A stretch of DNA of 35,847 nucleotides from a virus (lineage: Duplodnaviria; Caudoviricetes). Shown here one piece after another: positions 1 to 10,193 of the stretch (positions within the stretch are counted from its first letter, which is position 1; the number at the start of each line of letters is the position of its first letter). The notes beneath the pieces are model-generated. The model saw only the letters and a list, made by a program, of their open reading frames with translations. It was not told the origin of the DNA and did not search any database. The stretch is taken from IMG/VR virus record IMGVR_UViG_3300030372_004350, positions 1-35,847 of that record. One strand, given 5' to 3'. The position numbers were made by a program, and so were the translations under genes.

Positions 1-1186
1 ATGTTTACTTTCGCAGCGGTGAGCGTCGCGTTGTTCTTGGTGGTAGTTATCTTTTTGAGGGGGAGTGGGTAGGCAAAACCATGCCAATCCAGTTTGTCCG
101 TTACACGCCAGTGCCAGGTCAGTTGTGGGGTATGGGCATGATTGAGCCACTGCTTGATATTCAGGACCAGTACAACCGAGTGCGTGGTCAGATTATCGAA
201 AACAGTGATCTGATCGCCAACCCGAAGTGGATGATTCCTAAGAGCGCAGGTGTTCCACCAGCAAGCATTACTCGTCGTCGGGGTGAGAAAGTTTACTACA
301 ACGACGTAGGTGGCCAGCGTCCTATCCCGGTGCAGATGCCATCTTTACCCGGTTACGTTCTTCAGCAGGTGTCGGTGCTGCACGGAGAGATGTTAGACGT
401 GGCTGGCGTCCACGCTACAAGCCTTGGTAAGCGAGCGGTAGGGGTTACCTCGAGTGTTGCTATGCAATCGCTTGCAAACAAAGATTCGCAACAGTTGATG
501 GTGACACAAGAAGACCTTGAAGAGGCTGTTGCTGATTTAGGTAAAGTAGCGCTAACGCTTATGCAAAAGTATTACACCGAGAAGCGCATGGTTCGCATGC
601 TTGATAACCTCGGCCAGGTTGTGTTCCATTCATTGGACAGCACAAGCCTTATGAAAGACCCTGAAGTCTTCATCGAGGCAGGGTCGATGTTCCGTGATGA
701 GCGCCAGGATCGCGACCAGAAAGTCCTTGAGTTAGTTCAGATGGGCATGATGCAGCCCGACGAAGCGATGAAGGAACTGACGTTTGGTGGTGGCCTAGAG
801 CAGGTGAGCGAGAAGCTGCAGGCAATGGCCCACGCACAGGATCTGCTTAACGCAGCTAAGCTTGGCGCTACGATTGAGATTTTCCCAACCGATGACCTCA
901 AGTCGTTTGGTGAAGTCTTTGGTGACTACATCCGTACTGAGGAGTACTACCAACTACCTCAAGAGCGGCAGCAGTACATCCGAGACATCTTCATTAGTGT
1001 TGAGACGTTTGGCACGCAGGCTGAGGTCCAAGCTGAGGCGCTCGCCAACCGTAAGGTGTTCCCTCGCTCTGCGCCTCCAGAGCAGCTAGATGAGATTTCA
1101 GTCACAATGGAATCGCCGACATCGGCTATTCAAGCGCAGATGGAATCAGAGCGCATGGGTGTTATGGATATGAACCGGCAAATGGT
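1..1186 (+). repeat. Imperfect direct repeat, left copy (pairs with 34662-35847)
   Basis: Collinear at offset 34661 with no indels. About 90 substitutions by manual count, mostly synonymous. Last ~80 bp identical. Confidence 0.97.
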
Positions 1187-1244
1187 TGATGAGCAGGGTC
1201 CAGAGCAGGGACTGCCGACGACTAGGATGGGAGCGCAGGGATGA
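3..1244 (+). CDS. Portal protein, C-terminal part (5' part lies at 34004-35847; full length about 633 aa)
   Basis: Frame is open from the window start. P22-like portal signature (PIQFVRY...GQLWGMGMIEPLLDIQDQYN...ANPKW). Directly upstream of adaptor and nozzle genes. Confidence 0.85.
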   Translation, partial: VYFRSGERRVVLGGSYLFEGEWVGKTMPIQFVRYTPVPGQLWGMGMIEPLLDIQDQYNRVRGQIIENSDLIANPKWMIPKSAGVPPASITRRRGEKVYYNDVGGQRPIPVQMPSLPGYVLQQVSVLHGEMLDVAGVHATSLGKRAVGVTSSVAMQSLANKDSQQLMVTQEDLEEAVADLGKVALTLMQKYYTEKRMVRMLDNLGQVVFHSLDSTSLMKDPEVFIEAGSMFRDERQDRDQKVLELVQMGMMQPDEAMKELTFGGGLEQVSEKLQAMAHAQDLLNAAKLGATIEIFPTDDLKSFGEVFGDYIRTEEYYQLPQERQQYIRDIFISVETFGTQAEVQAEALANRKVFPRSAPPEQLDEISVTMESPTSAIQAQMESERMGVMDMNRQMVDEQGPEQGLPTTRMGAQG

Positions 1245-1903
1245 ATGTAACGCAAGTCTACGACCTGTTTCGTGCGCTGATCGATGAGACCGACCAGACG
1301 TTCCTGACTGACGCTCAGGCCGAGTCGTATCTAGCTCAGGGGTATCGTGAGTTTCGGCAAAGTGTGTATTCAATTGAGCCTGACATTTACAACACGCATT
1401 ACACGTTTACCGGTACAGGTAAGATTTTTAGCTTGAATGGGTCGCTGTTAGGATCGGGCGCTACAAATCGTATGGAGCGATTTCTAAGGCTGGGTCAAAT
1501 AGACACCATAGCCAACAATGAGATCCAGTACTACCTTGAAGCGTGTCCTAGCCAAGAGCAGCTAAACCGTGAGCAGGGCGAGTACTGTCTGTCAGGGCGT
1601 AACATTGTCTTTGCCACAGACCGCACAGACTTTTTTCGGATCGAGTATGTGCCAGCAAGCACAGTGGACTGGACTAAGCATGGGGTCGGTGACAATGAGT
1701 ACATCGACGATCTACAAGACCAGCATCCATTAATCGCATTGTTAGCAGCGCAGTATTACCAAATACGAGATGGCGCAGCGAACCCCGTATTGCAAAACCA
1801 ACTAGCAGTGAAACGCCTCGACTTGGTCAACTACCTCACACAAGGCAGAAACCAAGCAGGGTCTCACTACATTTCACCTCAAGTTGAATTTTACATGGGC
1901 TGA
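1241..1903 (+). CDS. Putative head-tail adaptor (tail tubular protein A / P22 gp4-like position)
   Basis: 220 aa, ATGA overlap with portal. N-terminus (lFRALIDEtdqtFltDaqaesYLaqGyref) is typical of podovirus adaptors. Synteny supports it. Confidence 0.65.
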   Translation: MNVTQVYDLFRALIDETDQTFLTDAQAESYLAQGYREFRQSVYSIEPDIYNTHYTFTGTGKIFSLNGSLLGSGATNRMERFLRLGQIDTIANNEIQYYLEACPSQEQLNREQGEYCLSGRNIVFATDRTDFFRIEYVPASTVDWTKHGVGDNEYIDDLQDQHPLIALLAAQYYQIRDGAANPVLQNQLAVKRLDLVNYLTQGRNQAGSHYISPQVEFYMG

Positions 1904-1905
1904 CA

Positions 1906-4491
1906 ATGGCAACACCGGGTATTGATGTTGAACTGATTGCTGGTGGAACCGAGGGTCGTCCGGCGGAACGTGGTATCTGGGTACAGAACATGTGGCGACC
2001 AAAAGGCTCGCCGAACTGGCAGACGCGCCCAGGCTTTGGCCAAATGGCGCAGCTTGATACGACATTGCGTGCAGGTATCGCCACCGAATGGGGGATGTCT
2101 AAGCACCTAGGGTCACACCTTGTGCGTACGGACTGGGGCACTGAGCAGATTGTATCGGTGTTCTTAGTAAGCGCTCGAAGTGGTCAAGACTCGTTCAACT
2201 CATCCAGTAAGTGGGGGTCATATTACTCGGTAACAATCTTTGATACCAGTTCAGGCAACCATTACGAGCAGGTGCTGTTCCGCCATACGTCGCAAAATAA
2301 AACGGCTGGGTTTGGCGAGTTTAACAACCCTCGTATGTACAACTGGTACGGCAACTACGAAACAAACGAGACCTACGACAACCAATCGTTCTTGTATGGT
2401 GTTGATGAGCCATTTTATTTTACCATGTATCAGAACGAGTTGTTTTTTGGGAACCGTCTAACTGGGTTACTGTGTTACCTACCTTCTGATTTTAGGGAGT
2501 CTAGAGACCGTACAGTTGATTCAACCCAGAAGATTGCTTGGGTTAAAGGGTACAGCGAAGATTGTCTGGTGACACGAGTTGTTCCAACGGACGGTACCGC
2601 TATTGATGCTTTTGTTTATTTTGATGAGCAAAACTTTCCTGCACCCGTTGCGGTGACAACGCTAGGCGATCGGTTTGTTGCGGCGTCTGAGAATCAAATA
2701 TTCTTTAGTGATCCAAACCTGCCAAATGCGTTTATTGACGGCAATCAAGTCAATGTACCAAGCAAGAACCCTGTGGTCGCCATCGCCGAAGTAGGAATCA
2801 ACCTCATGGTGCTCACCGAAACAGAAACGTTATTGTTTCAACCAAGCCAAGGCGGTTTAGTTAACCCTGGCCGGTTTACGGTGGTTAGCCGCACCGTTGG
2901 CTGTATGTCGCCTCGCTCGCTAGTAACAGTAGGTTCGACGGTGTTCTGGGCAGATACCAACGGCATCTATGCAACTAGCAACGGCTTGAAGATTGAAGAA
3001 CTGTCGCTACCTATCAATGACTTCTTTAAAGGTGGTATAACCTGCCCGCTCAACAACTACCTTACAGCAGCGGGGGTTTCCGATCCCGCAGCAAACACAC
3101 AGCCTCGCACGCTGTATCGCCAATCAGACAGCGACGATGTAAGCATTGCGTACAGTCAAGAAAACGAAGCACTGTTTGTGTCGTACCCTGGGTCCAACGC
3201 TTTATGGTGTTACAATCAAGGTGGTTGGTCATTGTGGCCTGTAGAGTCTACCGTCAAAGAGCATGGCGGGGCTGCGGTGGTCGGAGTCCAGCAGAACATT
3301 ACTAATCCCTACGTTCTTACCGGTACAAGGGAAGTGTATTTAGTAGGATCAATTGAGACAGGAACGCTTACCAGCGCAACCACTCGGTCTGAAACAGTTT
3401 ACTCTTCAAGTTACTATCTAATGCAACTTGGCCGAGGCGGGGCTATCGACCGATCGGTTCTCAATGAAGATCAAAGGGTTGTATACGGAGAGTATAAGAA
3501 ACGATTAACAGCTAGCGGGGCGGACGACGCTCGTGCTTATTTTGCTAAGCCAATTTACGATGCTGTATCCGGCGTTTATTACATACCGCTTGAGATAGCG
3601 CCTGACTTTACATCAGCAGTTGCGCAGCCTACGGGTGTCGAGTTTGTGTTTGGGTACGACAGCACGCGATGGACGGCGGCAGCAAGCGCCGTGTTGCCAC
3701 CAGAGCGGTTCTTTCTGTCGGTTGGTGGTGTGCTCACGTACACTGTTAATGCTGGTGCTGGGACTATTACAATCACAGTAGCGTCAGCTTCAGTGCTCAA
3801 CTTTGCTCGAGGTCAACGCAACTTACTGCTGTATATCCCTATGGCACCTGCAAGCTCGGCCACTACGTTGTTGGATTATGGCTTTGACTTTACTGTAACC
3901 GGAGCAAAGGCGCAGATCACCAAGGCGGGGCCGACGACAACGTCATTATCTGTTTATGTTTGGAATCAACATTATGGCCCATTGCACACGAACAACGACG
4001 TAGCTCAACCGGTAGACTGGGCGTACAAGTCGCAACAAGTCGGGATCGATAGCGCTGACCATGTGAAAGCAAGAGGCATCTTTGCTCGCATGATTTCGCA
4101 CGGAACTGGCGCATCGCCATTGTCGCCAAACTGGCTTTGGGGTGTGTACAACACTCTACTGGGGTCGGATTGGAAAGGCTGGACGAGCCAAGTTATTGAT
4201 TTCTCAAGTGGTATTATCAAAGTGGCTGATAAGTTTACGTTACGCACCAGATACAAAGATAGCGCAACATCAACCATGCAGTACCGCAAGTTTAACGACT
4301 CGCCAAAGTATGGTGAGTACCTTATTGACGACGAAGAGCATGACACCATTGCTACTTCAGACAGTGTCAAGGGTGCTTATATTTCATACATGATGTTTGG
4401 TTTCATGCGGGACCGAGCCGAGAAGGTAGAACTAGCAAGCGCTAAAGCAGTGTTGCGCAAAGGCGGCACTCGCCGAAGGACAGGTCGATGA
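1906..4491 (+). CDS. Putative tail nozzle / tail tubular protein B (P22 gp10-like)
   Basis: 861 aa, beta-rich. Motifs 'QNM...wqtRPG', 'IFFSD', 'vGCmSPRSl...VFW.dtnGIY' are typical of nozzle beta-propellers. Follows the adaptor. Confidence 0.7.
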   Translation: MATPGIDVELIAGGTEGRPAERGIWVQNMWRPKGSPNWQTRPGFGQMAQLDTTLRAGIATEWGMSKHLGSHLVRTDWGTEQIVSVFLVSARSGQDSFNSSSKWGSYYSVTIFDTSSGNHYEQVLFRHTSQNKTAGFGEFNNPRMYNWYGNYETNETYDNQSFLYGVDEPFYFTMYQNELFFGNRLTGLLCYLPSDFRESRDRTVDSTQKIAWVKGYSEDCLVTRVVPTDGTAIDAFVYFDEQNFPAPVAVTTLGDRFVAASENQIFFSDPNLPNAFIDGNQVNVPSKNPVVAIAEVGINLMVLTETETLLFQPSQGGLVNPGRFTVVSRTVGCMSPRSLVTVGSTVFWADTNGIYATSNGLKIEELSLPINDFFKGGITCPLNNYLTAAGVSDPAANTQPRTLYRQSDSDDVSIAYSQENEALFVSYPGSNALWCYNQGGWSLWPVESTVKEHGGAAVVGVQQNITNPYVLTGTREVYLVGSIETGTLTSATTRSETVYSSSYYLMQLGRGGAIDRSVLNEDQRVVYGEYKKRLTASGADDARAYFAKPIYDAVSGVYYIPLEIAPDFTSAVAQPTGVEFVFGYDSTRWTAAASAVLPPERFFLSVGGVLTYTVNAGAGTITITVASASVLNFARGQRNLLLYIPMAPASSATTLLDYGFDFTVTGAKAQITKAGPTTTSLSVYVWNQHYGPLHTNNDVAQPVDWAYKSQQVGIDSADHVKARGIFARMISHGTGASPLSPNWLWGVYNTLLGSDWKGWTSQVIDFSSGIIKVADKFTLRTRYKDSATSTMQYRKFNDSPKYGEYLIDDEEHDTIATSDSVKGAYISYMMFGFMRDRAEKVELASAKAVLRKGGTRRRTGR

Positions 4492-5102
4492 GCACTGTTG
4501 TAGCGACACAAGTAGATGCAGATGCCGATCTGGCTGAGATCGATAAGAATGCTACGCTGAATCAAAAGACTGATATCATCAATGCCTTAGCCACTAAGAT
4601 TGTTATGCCTGGTCAGGTGTTGCAGCAGTCGTCGGTACAGGATTTTGGTGGCCTGGTAATGTCAGGGGGTCATGGTGGCTTTGAGGTAAAAGGCACACGC
4701 ACCACTGTTAACGGGATGCCAGGCACGGTCATAAAGAAACAGATTGTCGTAACAGGTACAGCGGTGCTGTCCAGCATGACTCTTATCTGCGAAGGGAACA
4801 CACCGGCTGTAGTTGTCAGGGATGGGGGCAGGGTCGCCCTAAAGAATTGCCACATTGTAAAGACCGATAACTCGCATTCGGCAGCAACTGATACTTACGT
4901 CTTAATGGAAACAGGGTCGTATGCGTCAGTTGTAAGTTGTGTGTTCTACGGCACACAGGCTAACACCGGGTCGTTAGTGCTGAATGAGGACGCAGGAAAT
5001 ACTAACCGTGGGTCTATTGTAGGTTGTATCAATCTAACCGATATTGCGGCCACGCCATTTGTCAACATTGCCGCTGGTAATATTCTAGGAGTTATACCGT
5101 GA
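4488..5102 (+). CDS. Virion protein with probable right-handed beta-helix
   Basis: 204 aa. Periodic 'lknChI / vvsCvF / ivGCi' pattern typical of pectate-lyase-like helices. Coupled to neighbouring genes. Confidence 0.5.
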   Translation: MSTVVATQVDADADLAEIDKNATLNQKTDIINALATKIVMPGQVLQQSSVQDFGGLVMSGGHGGFEVKGTRTTVNGMPGTVIKKQIVVTGTAVLSSMTLICEGNTPAVVVRDGGRVALKNCHIVKTDNSHSAATDTYVLMETGSYASVVSCVFYGTQANTGSLVLNEDAGNTNRGSIVGCINLTDIAATPFVNIAAGNILGVIP

Positions 5103-5908
5103 GCCTTAGAACAATTACGAAAGAGCAGTTCTCTGACGGTACAACGATTGACGGCAACCGCATTGAACAAGCGATGCAGGAACTTGAAGAGATTTGCGAT
5201 CAGGTTCCGGGGTACTATGTCAAACGAAGGTTTGTTCAGAACCAAATTACGGTTGGTTTCTCTCCGTTTCAGCAAGCTCCTTATAATCAACAAGTGCCAG
5301 CCTTGAGCGGTGGTGGGTTTATTACGGGTCTTACGACCAACGTGGAGCGTTGGAAGGGCTACAAGATACTTAGCCAGCCGATTGCAGACGTAGAAAAAGT
5401 TGTGTTCTGGGAAACATCATTTAACGTAGATAATCCGGCGATCGTTCATGCTTTAGATTGTATTATGATGCAGTGCACGGCCAGCCCTACACCAACGTAT
5501 CAGTTACCGGGCGGCGGGTCGGGACCGTACGTGCCTCCACTTGTCGCTGATGTTCAGTTGTTTATGGCAGTAGATGCTCCGTTTGTTAAGGAAGACCGAA
5601 GCCAGTCTGATGTACTTATCCATAAATACGGAATGGATATGCGAGCGTGGCTAATTACGCCTGATCCAAAAACCTCGTTTACAGTAGAGATGACTCCGAA
5701 CTACCCAGGGGGGGCAGAGAGTGGCTGGGCGGTTTCGCTGGATAACTTGAACTTGCCTTTACCAGCAAAGTCTCGTGTAAGAGTGGCTCTTGGTATTCCT
5801 GTGTATAAAGCTGCTACAACCGGCTTCGCATCGTGGGGTGCTAATCCATGGAACACGTTTATTCCGTCATTGACTACAACGCTTCTGGAGCCATTGTCGA
5901 ATGTCTAA
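5099..5908 (+). CDS. Putative tail/structural protein
   Basis: 269 aa, GTGA overlap. N-terminal 'FSDGTTIDGNRI' resembles fibre attachment motifs. Lies in the tail module. Confidence 0.5.
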   Translation: MSLRTITKEQFSDGTTIDGNRIEQAMQELEEICDQVPGYYVKRRFVQNQITVGFSPFQQAPYNQQVPALSGGGFITGLTTNVERWKGYKILSQPIADVEKVVFWETSFNVDNPAIVHALDCIMMQCTASPTPTYQLPGGGSGPYVPPLVADVQLFMAVDAPFVKEDRSQSDVLIHKYGMDMRAWLITPDPKTSFTVEMTPNYPGGAESGWAVSLDNLNLPLPAKSRVRVALGIPVYKAATTGFASWGANPWNTFIPSLTTTLLEPLSNV

Positions 5909-7652
5909 GATCGGATTTAAAAGGCTTAGTCGTGGCGTCAAGCTTCTTACCTCGCATATTCACACGCAGGTGCAGAGCGCTTTAACTCGAATCACGTCAA
6001 CAGGTTTTGACGCAAGCGAGCTAGAGAGCGATGCCGGCACTTTCAGAGTCAATATATCCCTAAGCAATATTACACCGAAAACATTCTTTCAGTCGGTTGA
6101 CGGTGTTAAATATATGAAGACCTGTGCAGGGTTTACATTACCTCCACCACAAGAGTCGTTTAGCTCTACTGCTGTGGTTTCGCCTACAACACCTGTGTAC
6201 ATTCTAGAAAGCATCGGCCTGTCGATAGACCAGCAAGCCACGCCATTTACCACAGTTCGCAGTGATGGCTCTCTTGCTAAAGATGAAGCAGACAAAGCAG
6301 CCTTTAATATAACCATCCAACGCAAGCCCGTGGATGTGTTTACCGGTGCAGCAATTACATCAGGAAGCTTGCCTACTGTTTCGCCGGAAATGACCAACGT
6401 TGTTTTATCTTTGGATTATCCTAACATACTCTGGAACAGCGAGTTTAATCGATTTAATCCCGGCGTTAGTGCTGACTTGGATACTGTATTCGATCCATAT
6501 TCTGCATATCTCATCTCGGTAGACTGCGGGAGTTTTGCTGAGTCAGCTACTGAACTGCGCATTGATAGTCTGTTGATAACAATGAAGTTCCGAACAAAAC
6601 TGCTTGAGAGGGACTCAGGCTCTGCGGCCGTCCAGAACATACCACAGTCACCAGAGTTGCCGGCAGCAGCACAGTACAACGCTCGGTATACAGTGCCCGA
6701 AACGATTGCTACGCCAGCAGCAAACGCAGTCATTAGAGCAGATACAGGTGGCGGCGATGATGGTGTGTCTGGGGCTCTAGCCAAGACTGATGTCAAGTTC
6801 TTGCGTGGTTTACTTGGTGGCTTGACTGACCGATCAAGACGCTGGGGTCCGAGCAACATTAAGACAGACGCAGCCTACGAAGTCATCTCAGTGCCAATGT
6901 GGGGCAATGGATGGTATTGCAAAGGTAATCAAGCATCTGCTGATACGGATGCTGTCCTGCTTGAAAAGCTGCCGTTTGTAGGGGCGTCACCATACAACCA
7001 ACTCACTATGGACAGGCGCATTATTCCGATCCGGTTTCCGTTTACTGTCCACCATGTAATTGCATTTTGTAACTACAGCGGAAAGCTTACGTCAGTCCCT
7101 GCGGACGAAGCGATTGATTACAGCACTGTAAATCAGTGGTCATCAGCAGCTTCGGCAACGCTTACTCACACAGTTGGTGTTGGTATCGGCACAGGCATTC
7201 GCAGTGACCTGACTAGCAGCCGCAACGTGGCATTAGCCTCATGGACCAGATCCACGATCGACAAATACAGAATTAGCCGACTAGAGTACCGTGATCCGAC
7301 GAACGGCAAGTCCTACTGCCAAGGTGATTTACTGAGTGTTCCACTAGTTTACCCTGCTGGTACTACCGGTGTTGGTTACAACAGTAGTGTTAATGCAGCG
7401 CTTGATAACACGGGTAAACCTATCTTTGTTGGTCAGACTAACTCTACTGACTTAGCTAGATCGCCTATGGCCGACACGCCCGGCGGAACTAATACAGTAC
7501 GGGCTCAAGACGGCTATGAACAGTTCTTAGATATTCGATGGGGAATCCAGCAAGGATCGGTAACAGGACTTAATGGAATGGATAATTCAGAAGTCATTAT
7601 CGGTCAGGGCGGATTTCAAGTATACATTATTGGCAAGAAGCATTTGTGCTAA
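5901..7652 (+). CDS. Putative tail/structural protein
   Basis: 583 aa, S/T/G-rich and beta-rich, between tail and ejection genes. Confidence 0.5.
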   Translation: MSKIGFKRLSRGVKLLTSHIHTQVQSALTRITSTGFDASELESDAGTFRVNISLSNITPKTFFQSVDGVKYMKTCAGFTLPPPQESFSSTAVVSPTTPVYILESIGLSIDQQATPFTTVRSDGSLAKDEADKAAFNITIQRKPVDVFTGAAITSGSLPTVSPEMTNVVLSLDYPNILWNSEFNRFNPGVSADLDTVFDPYSAYLISVDCGSFAESATELRIDSLLITMKFRTKLLERDSGSAAVQNIPQSPELPAAAQYNARYTVPETIATPAANAVIRADTGGGDDGVSGALAKTDVKFLRGLLGGLTDRSRRWGPSNIKTDAAYEVISVPMWGNGWYCKGNQASADTDAVLLEKLPFVGASPYNQLTMDRRIIPIRFPFTVHHVIAFCNYSGKLTSVPADEAIDYSTVNQWSSAASATLTHTVGVGIGTGIRSDLTSSRNVALASWTRSTIDKYRISRLEYRDPTNGKSYCQGDLLSVPLVYPAGTTGVGYNSSVNAALDNTGKPIFVGQTNSTDLARSPMADTPGGTNTVRAQDGYEQFLDIRWGIQQGSVTGLNGMDNSEVIIGQGGFQVYIIGKKHLC

Positions 7653-7664
7653 TTGGGGTAAGCA

Positions 7665-8399
7665 ATGAGTAATGGATCAACTAAAGCAAAAGCGCCCGGT
7701 GTTGCGGGTGGGCTAATAGCAGGCTTGAAAAGCGCTTTAGGAGCAAACACGCCAAGGAAAGATCCGTCTAAAGAATACGGATCAAGGCCCGAAGGCAGAC
7801 CCGAACGGCCTGGTATTGCAGACCCTCAAGAATTAGGTGGGGTAGGCATGTTCGATGACCTTGCTGCGTTTCAACAGCGTCAGCGCCGGCTTCGAGCAGA
7901 CGAAGGCCGTGAAATGGATCGCCTTGTCCGCATGCTTGAAGGGGCTCCTGATGAACTGCGAGATGCGCAAGGCGTTGCTACCAACGAGATGCGTCGGCAG
8001 GCTGCGTTGCGAATGGCGAGCCAGGGCGGGCGGGGTAATGTTATCGGAGCCATGTCCGCTGCTAAGGGCGTGGGGCAAGAGGCAGAGAATATAGGAACCC
8101 GATTTGGTGATCGCATCAGGGACGCAGCGCGTACCGCAGCGCAGGCTAGAATAGAACGCCAGCAACAGCGTATTGAAGGAGCCGTTAAGCCGGGTCAGGA
8201 CTACGAGCGCGTCCGAGGCGCTTTAGATGATCTGATAGCGACCTACGGCAGAGACAGCGGCCGATACAATCCACAAGGTTTTAAAGAAGATTTTATGGTT
8301 CTAAAGAACACAACTGACGACCCTGTTGCACTGGCTTTATTGCGTCGGGTGCAGCGCAACCTTGAGCAAGGTCTAGGTGCTTTAGAGGGTATTGAATAG
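7665..8399 (+). CDS. Putative internal virion / DNA ejection protein 1
   Basis: 244 aa, A/G/R/Q-rich and helical. First of three genes of increasing size, the usual podovirus ejectosome layout. Confidence 0.55.
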   Translation: MSNGSTKAKAPGVAGGLIAGLKSALGANTPRKDPSKEYGSRPEGRPERPGIADPQELGGVGMFDDLAAFQQRQRRLRADEGREMDRLVRMLEGAPDELRDAQGVATNEMRRQAALRMASQGGRGNVIGAMSAAKGVGQEAENIGTRFGDRIRDAARTAAQARIERQQQRIEGAVKPGQDYERVRGALDDLIATYGRDSGRYNPQGFKEDFMVLKNTTDDPVALALLRRVQRNLEQGLGALEGIE

Positions 8400-8408
8400 G
8401 AGTTAGGT

Positions 8409-10193
8409 ATGGGCCGGGTTTTACCATCACTTACAACTCGATCAGGGATTGTGGGGGTTGCAGACGCCATCGGGGCTAACAAAGACCAGCAGTTGCGCAA
8501 TGCGCTGCGTCGCGCTGCCTTTCAGAAAGCTGAAGAGCGCAAGACGCCTGAGGGGATGCTCAAGTTTATCGGGCAAGCGGCGCAAACAGCGGGTCAAGTT
8601 ACTGGTGCAGTAAAAGGAATTGGAGGGCTAATAGGCAGCCTCCCGCTTTCCGATGCTATGCGCAACGCTGCGGCAGCAAAGGCGTCCAAAGATATGGTGC
8701 TTCCTCAAGCCCGTAAAACTATCGAACGAGTTGCTGGCGCTACAGGGTTGGGCGAAGGTGCGCCGGTTACACCAGAGACAGCGAGAATGATTCAGCAGGC
8801 CAGCCTTGAAGGCCCGCAAGGCCGGGTTGCAGCAGGGGCGCTTGGGGCTGAAGCGGCACAAGATATTGCCATGCGTGCCGAAAGAGGCATGGAAGGCGAA
8901 GGTCTTAGCGCAGCGGCTGAGTCAGATTTAGAACAGCGCATAGAACAAGAGCGCCAAAATATAGTTCCAGGGCGTCAAGGTTACACCTCTGAGATGCTGA
9001 TGGAGGCCGCTGATCGTGAATTGAAAGCAGGGGCCAGAGATATCAACGACGCTATGGAAATAGCAAAAGACAAGCTGGCTGAGCGTGCTGCTGAAGAGTC
9101 TATGGCTACGGACGCTGCTCAACGAGCGGCGGAACAAGAGGTCGTCGGTACAACGCTTGGAGAGGTGTCACCGGTCACTAGGGCAGACGAAGGTGAAGTG
9201 CAGATCGATATGTTTGTAGAGTCGCTTGGTGACACGCCTCTTGATCGGCAAGAGAAACTGTTGAGTTTAGCTCAAGGGGCTCTGACTGCTGAAGACCAAG
9301 CAAACATCTTGCGGGCGGTTGACCGCATGGATATCGCACCCGGTCCAAATGTTTCTGATTTGTTCGATCCTAAAGGGGCTTACAAGCGCAAGCTACGAGC
9401 AGCAATGCCTAGTCTTGGAAGGCTAGAGCAAGAGCGCTTGAGGGGCGAGCGTGCGCGGTTGAAAGCAGGCGTTCAGGTTCGGGGACAAGACCTTAGAGCG
9501 GTTGCGAGCAAGGACACCACAGCGCAGAAACGTGAAAAGACTGCGTCTCAAGAGGGGATAGCAAAACAAAAGGAAGCAAGATACGCCCGTGAAATCACGG
9601 AAAAAATACGTCAGTTCAATCTTACCCACAACTACAAATGGGCTACCCTTGGTAGCCGTGAGAAAATAGAGGAAGAGCGCAATAAAGTTAGAGTGCGCAT
9701 AGCTAAGATTAAGAGCGCAACCCGGGGTAGAGGTAGAGCGCGTAAGAATCCACTTATCGCTGCGCTTGGCGCTGGTATCAAAGAGTCTAAAGAGCGTGAA
9801 GATCAGTTGCTAAAAGCATCCAAGTCTACCAATCGCGCAGTTAAGCAGTATAAAATAGCGGTGGCGAAAGAAAAATCACGCATTAAAGAACGCGTACAAG
9901 ATATTAGAAAATATTTTGGCTTTGCTGATACCTTAGACAAGGACGGTAAAACTGTTCTGCTTGTCCAATTAGAACAAAGTCTTAAGGACGCAAAAGAAAA
10001 GAAATCTAATCTTGAAGTTGTTGGTGCGCAATTGAGGCAAGCCACTCAAAAGTATAAAAAGTTAAGGGTTCGGCTCAACCAAAACCCTAACGATCCCGAT
10101 TTACTTAACGACTACGCAGCCGTTGAAAATGAATACGTTGGTTTGTTATCGACCTATCAGGATCTAATGATGGGCGTTGCTGAGGTTGATTAA
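8409..10193 (+). CDS. Putative internal virion / DNA ejection protein 2
   Basis: 594 aa, Ala-rich coiled coil, no Cys. Synteny. Confidence 0.55.
   Translation: MGRVLPSLTTRSGIVGVADAIGANKDQQLRNALRRAAFQKAEERKTPEGMLKFIGQAAQTAGQVTGAVKGIGGLIGSLPLSDAMRNAAAAKASKDMVLPQARKTIERVAGATGLGEGAPVTPETARMIQQASLEGPQGRVAAGALGAEAAQDIAMRAERGMEGEGLSAAAESDLEQRIEQERQNIVPGRQGYTSEMLMEAADRELKAGARDINDAMEIAKDKLAERAAEESMATDAAQRAAEQEVVGTTLGEVSPVTRADEGEVQIDMFVESLGDTPLDRQEKLLSLAQGALTAEDQANILRAVDRMDIAPGPNVSDLFDPKGAYKRKLRAAMPSLGRLEQERLRGERARLKAGVQVRGQDLRAVASKDTTAQKREKTASQEGIAKQKEARYAREITEKIRQFNLTHNYKWATLGSREKIEEERNKVRVRIAKIKSATRGRGRARKNPLIAALGAGIKESKEREDQLLKASKSTNRAVKQYKIAVAKEKSRIKERVQDIRKYFGFADTLDKDGKTVLLVQLEQSLKDAKEKKSNLEVVGAQLRQATQKYKKLRVRLNQNPNDPDLLNDYAAVENEYVGLLSTYQDLMMGVAEVD

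Noticed and set aside
1-1186. True T7-like direct terminal repeat
   Set aside because: The copies are about 8% divergent and cut through the portal gene; replicated fixed DTRs would be identical.
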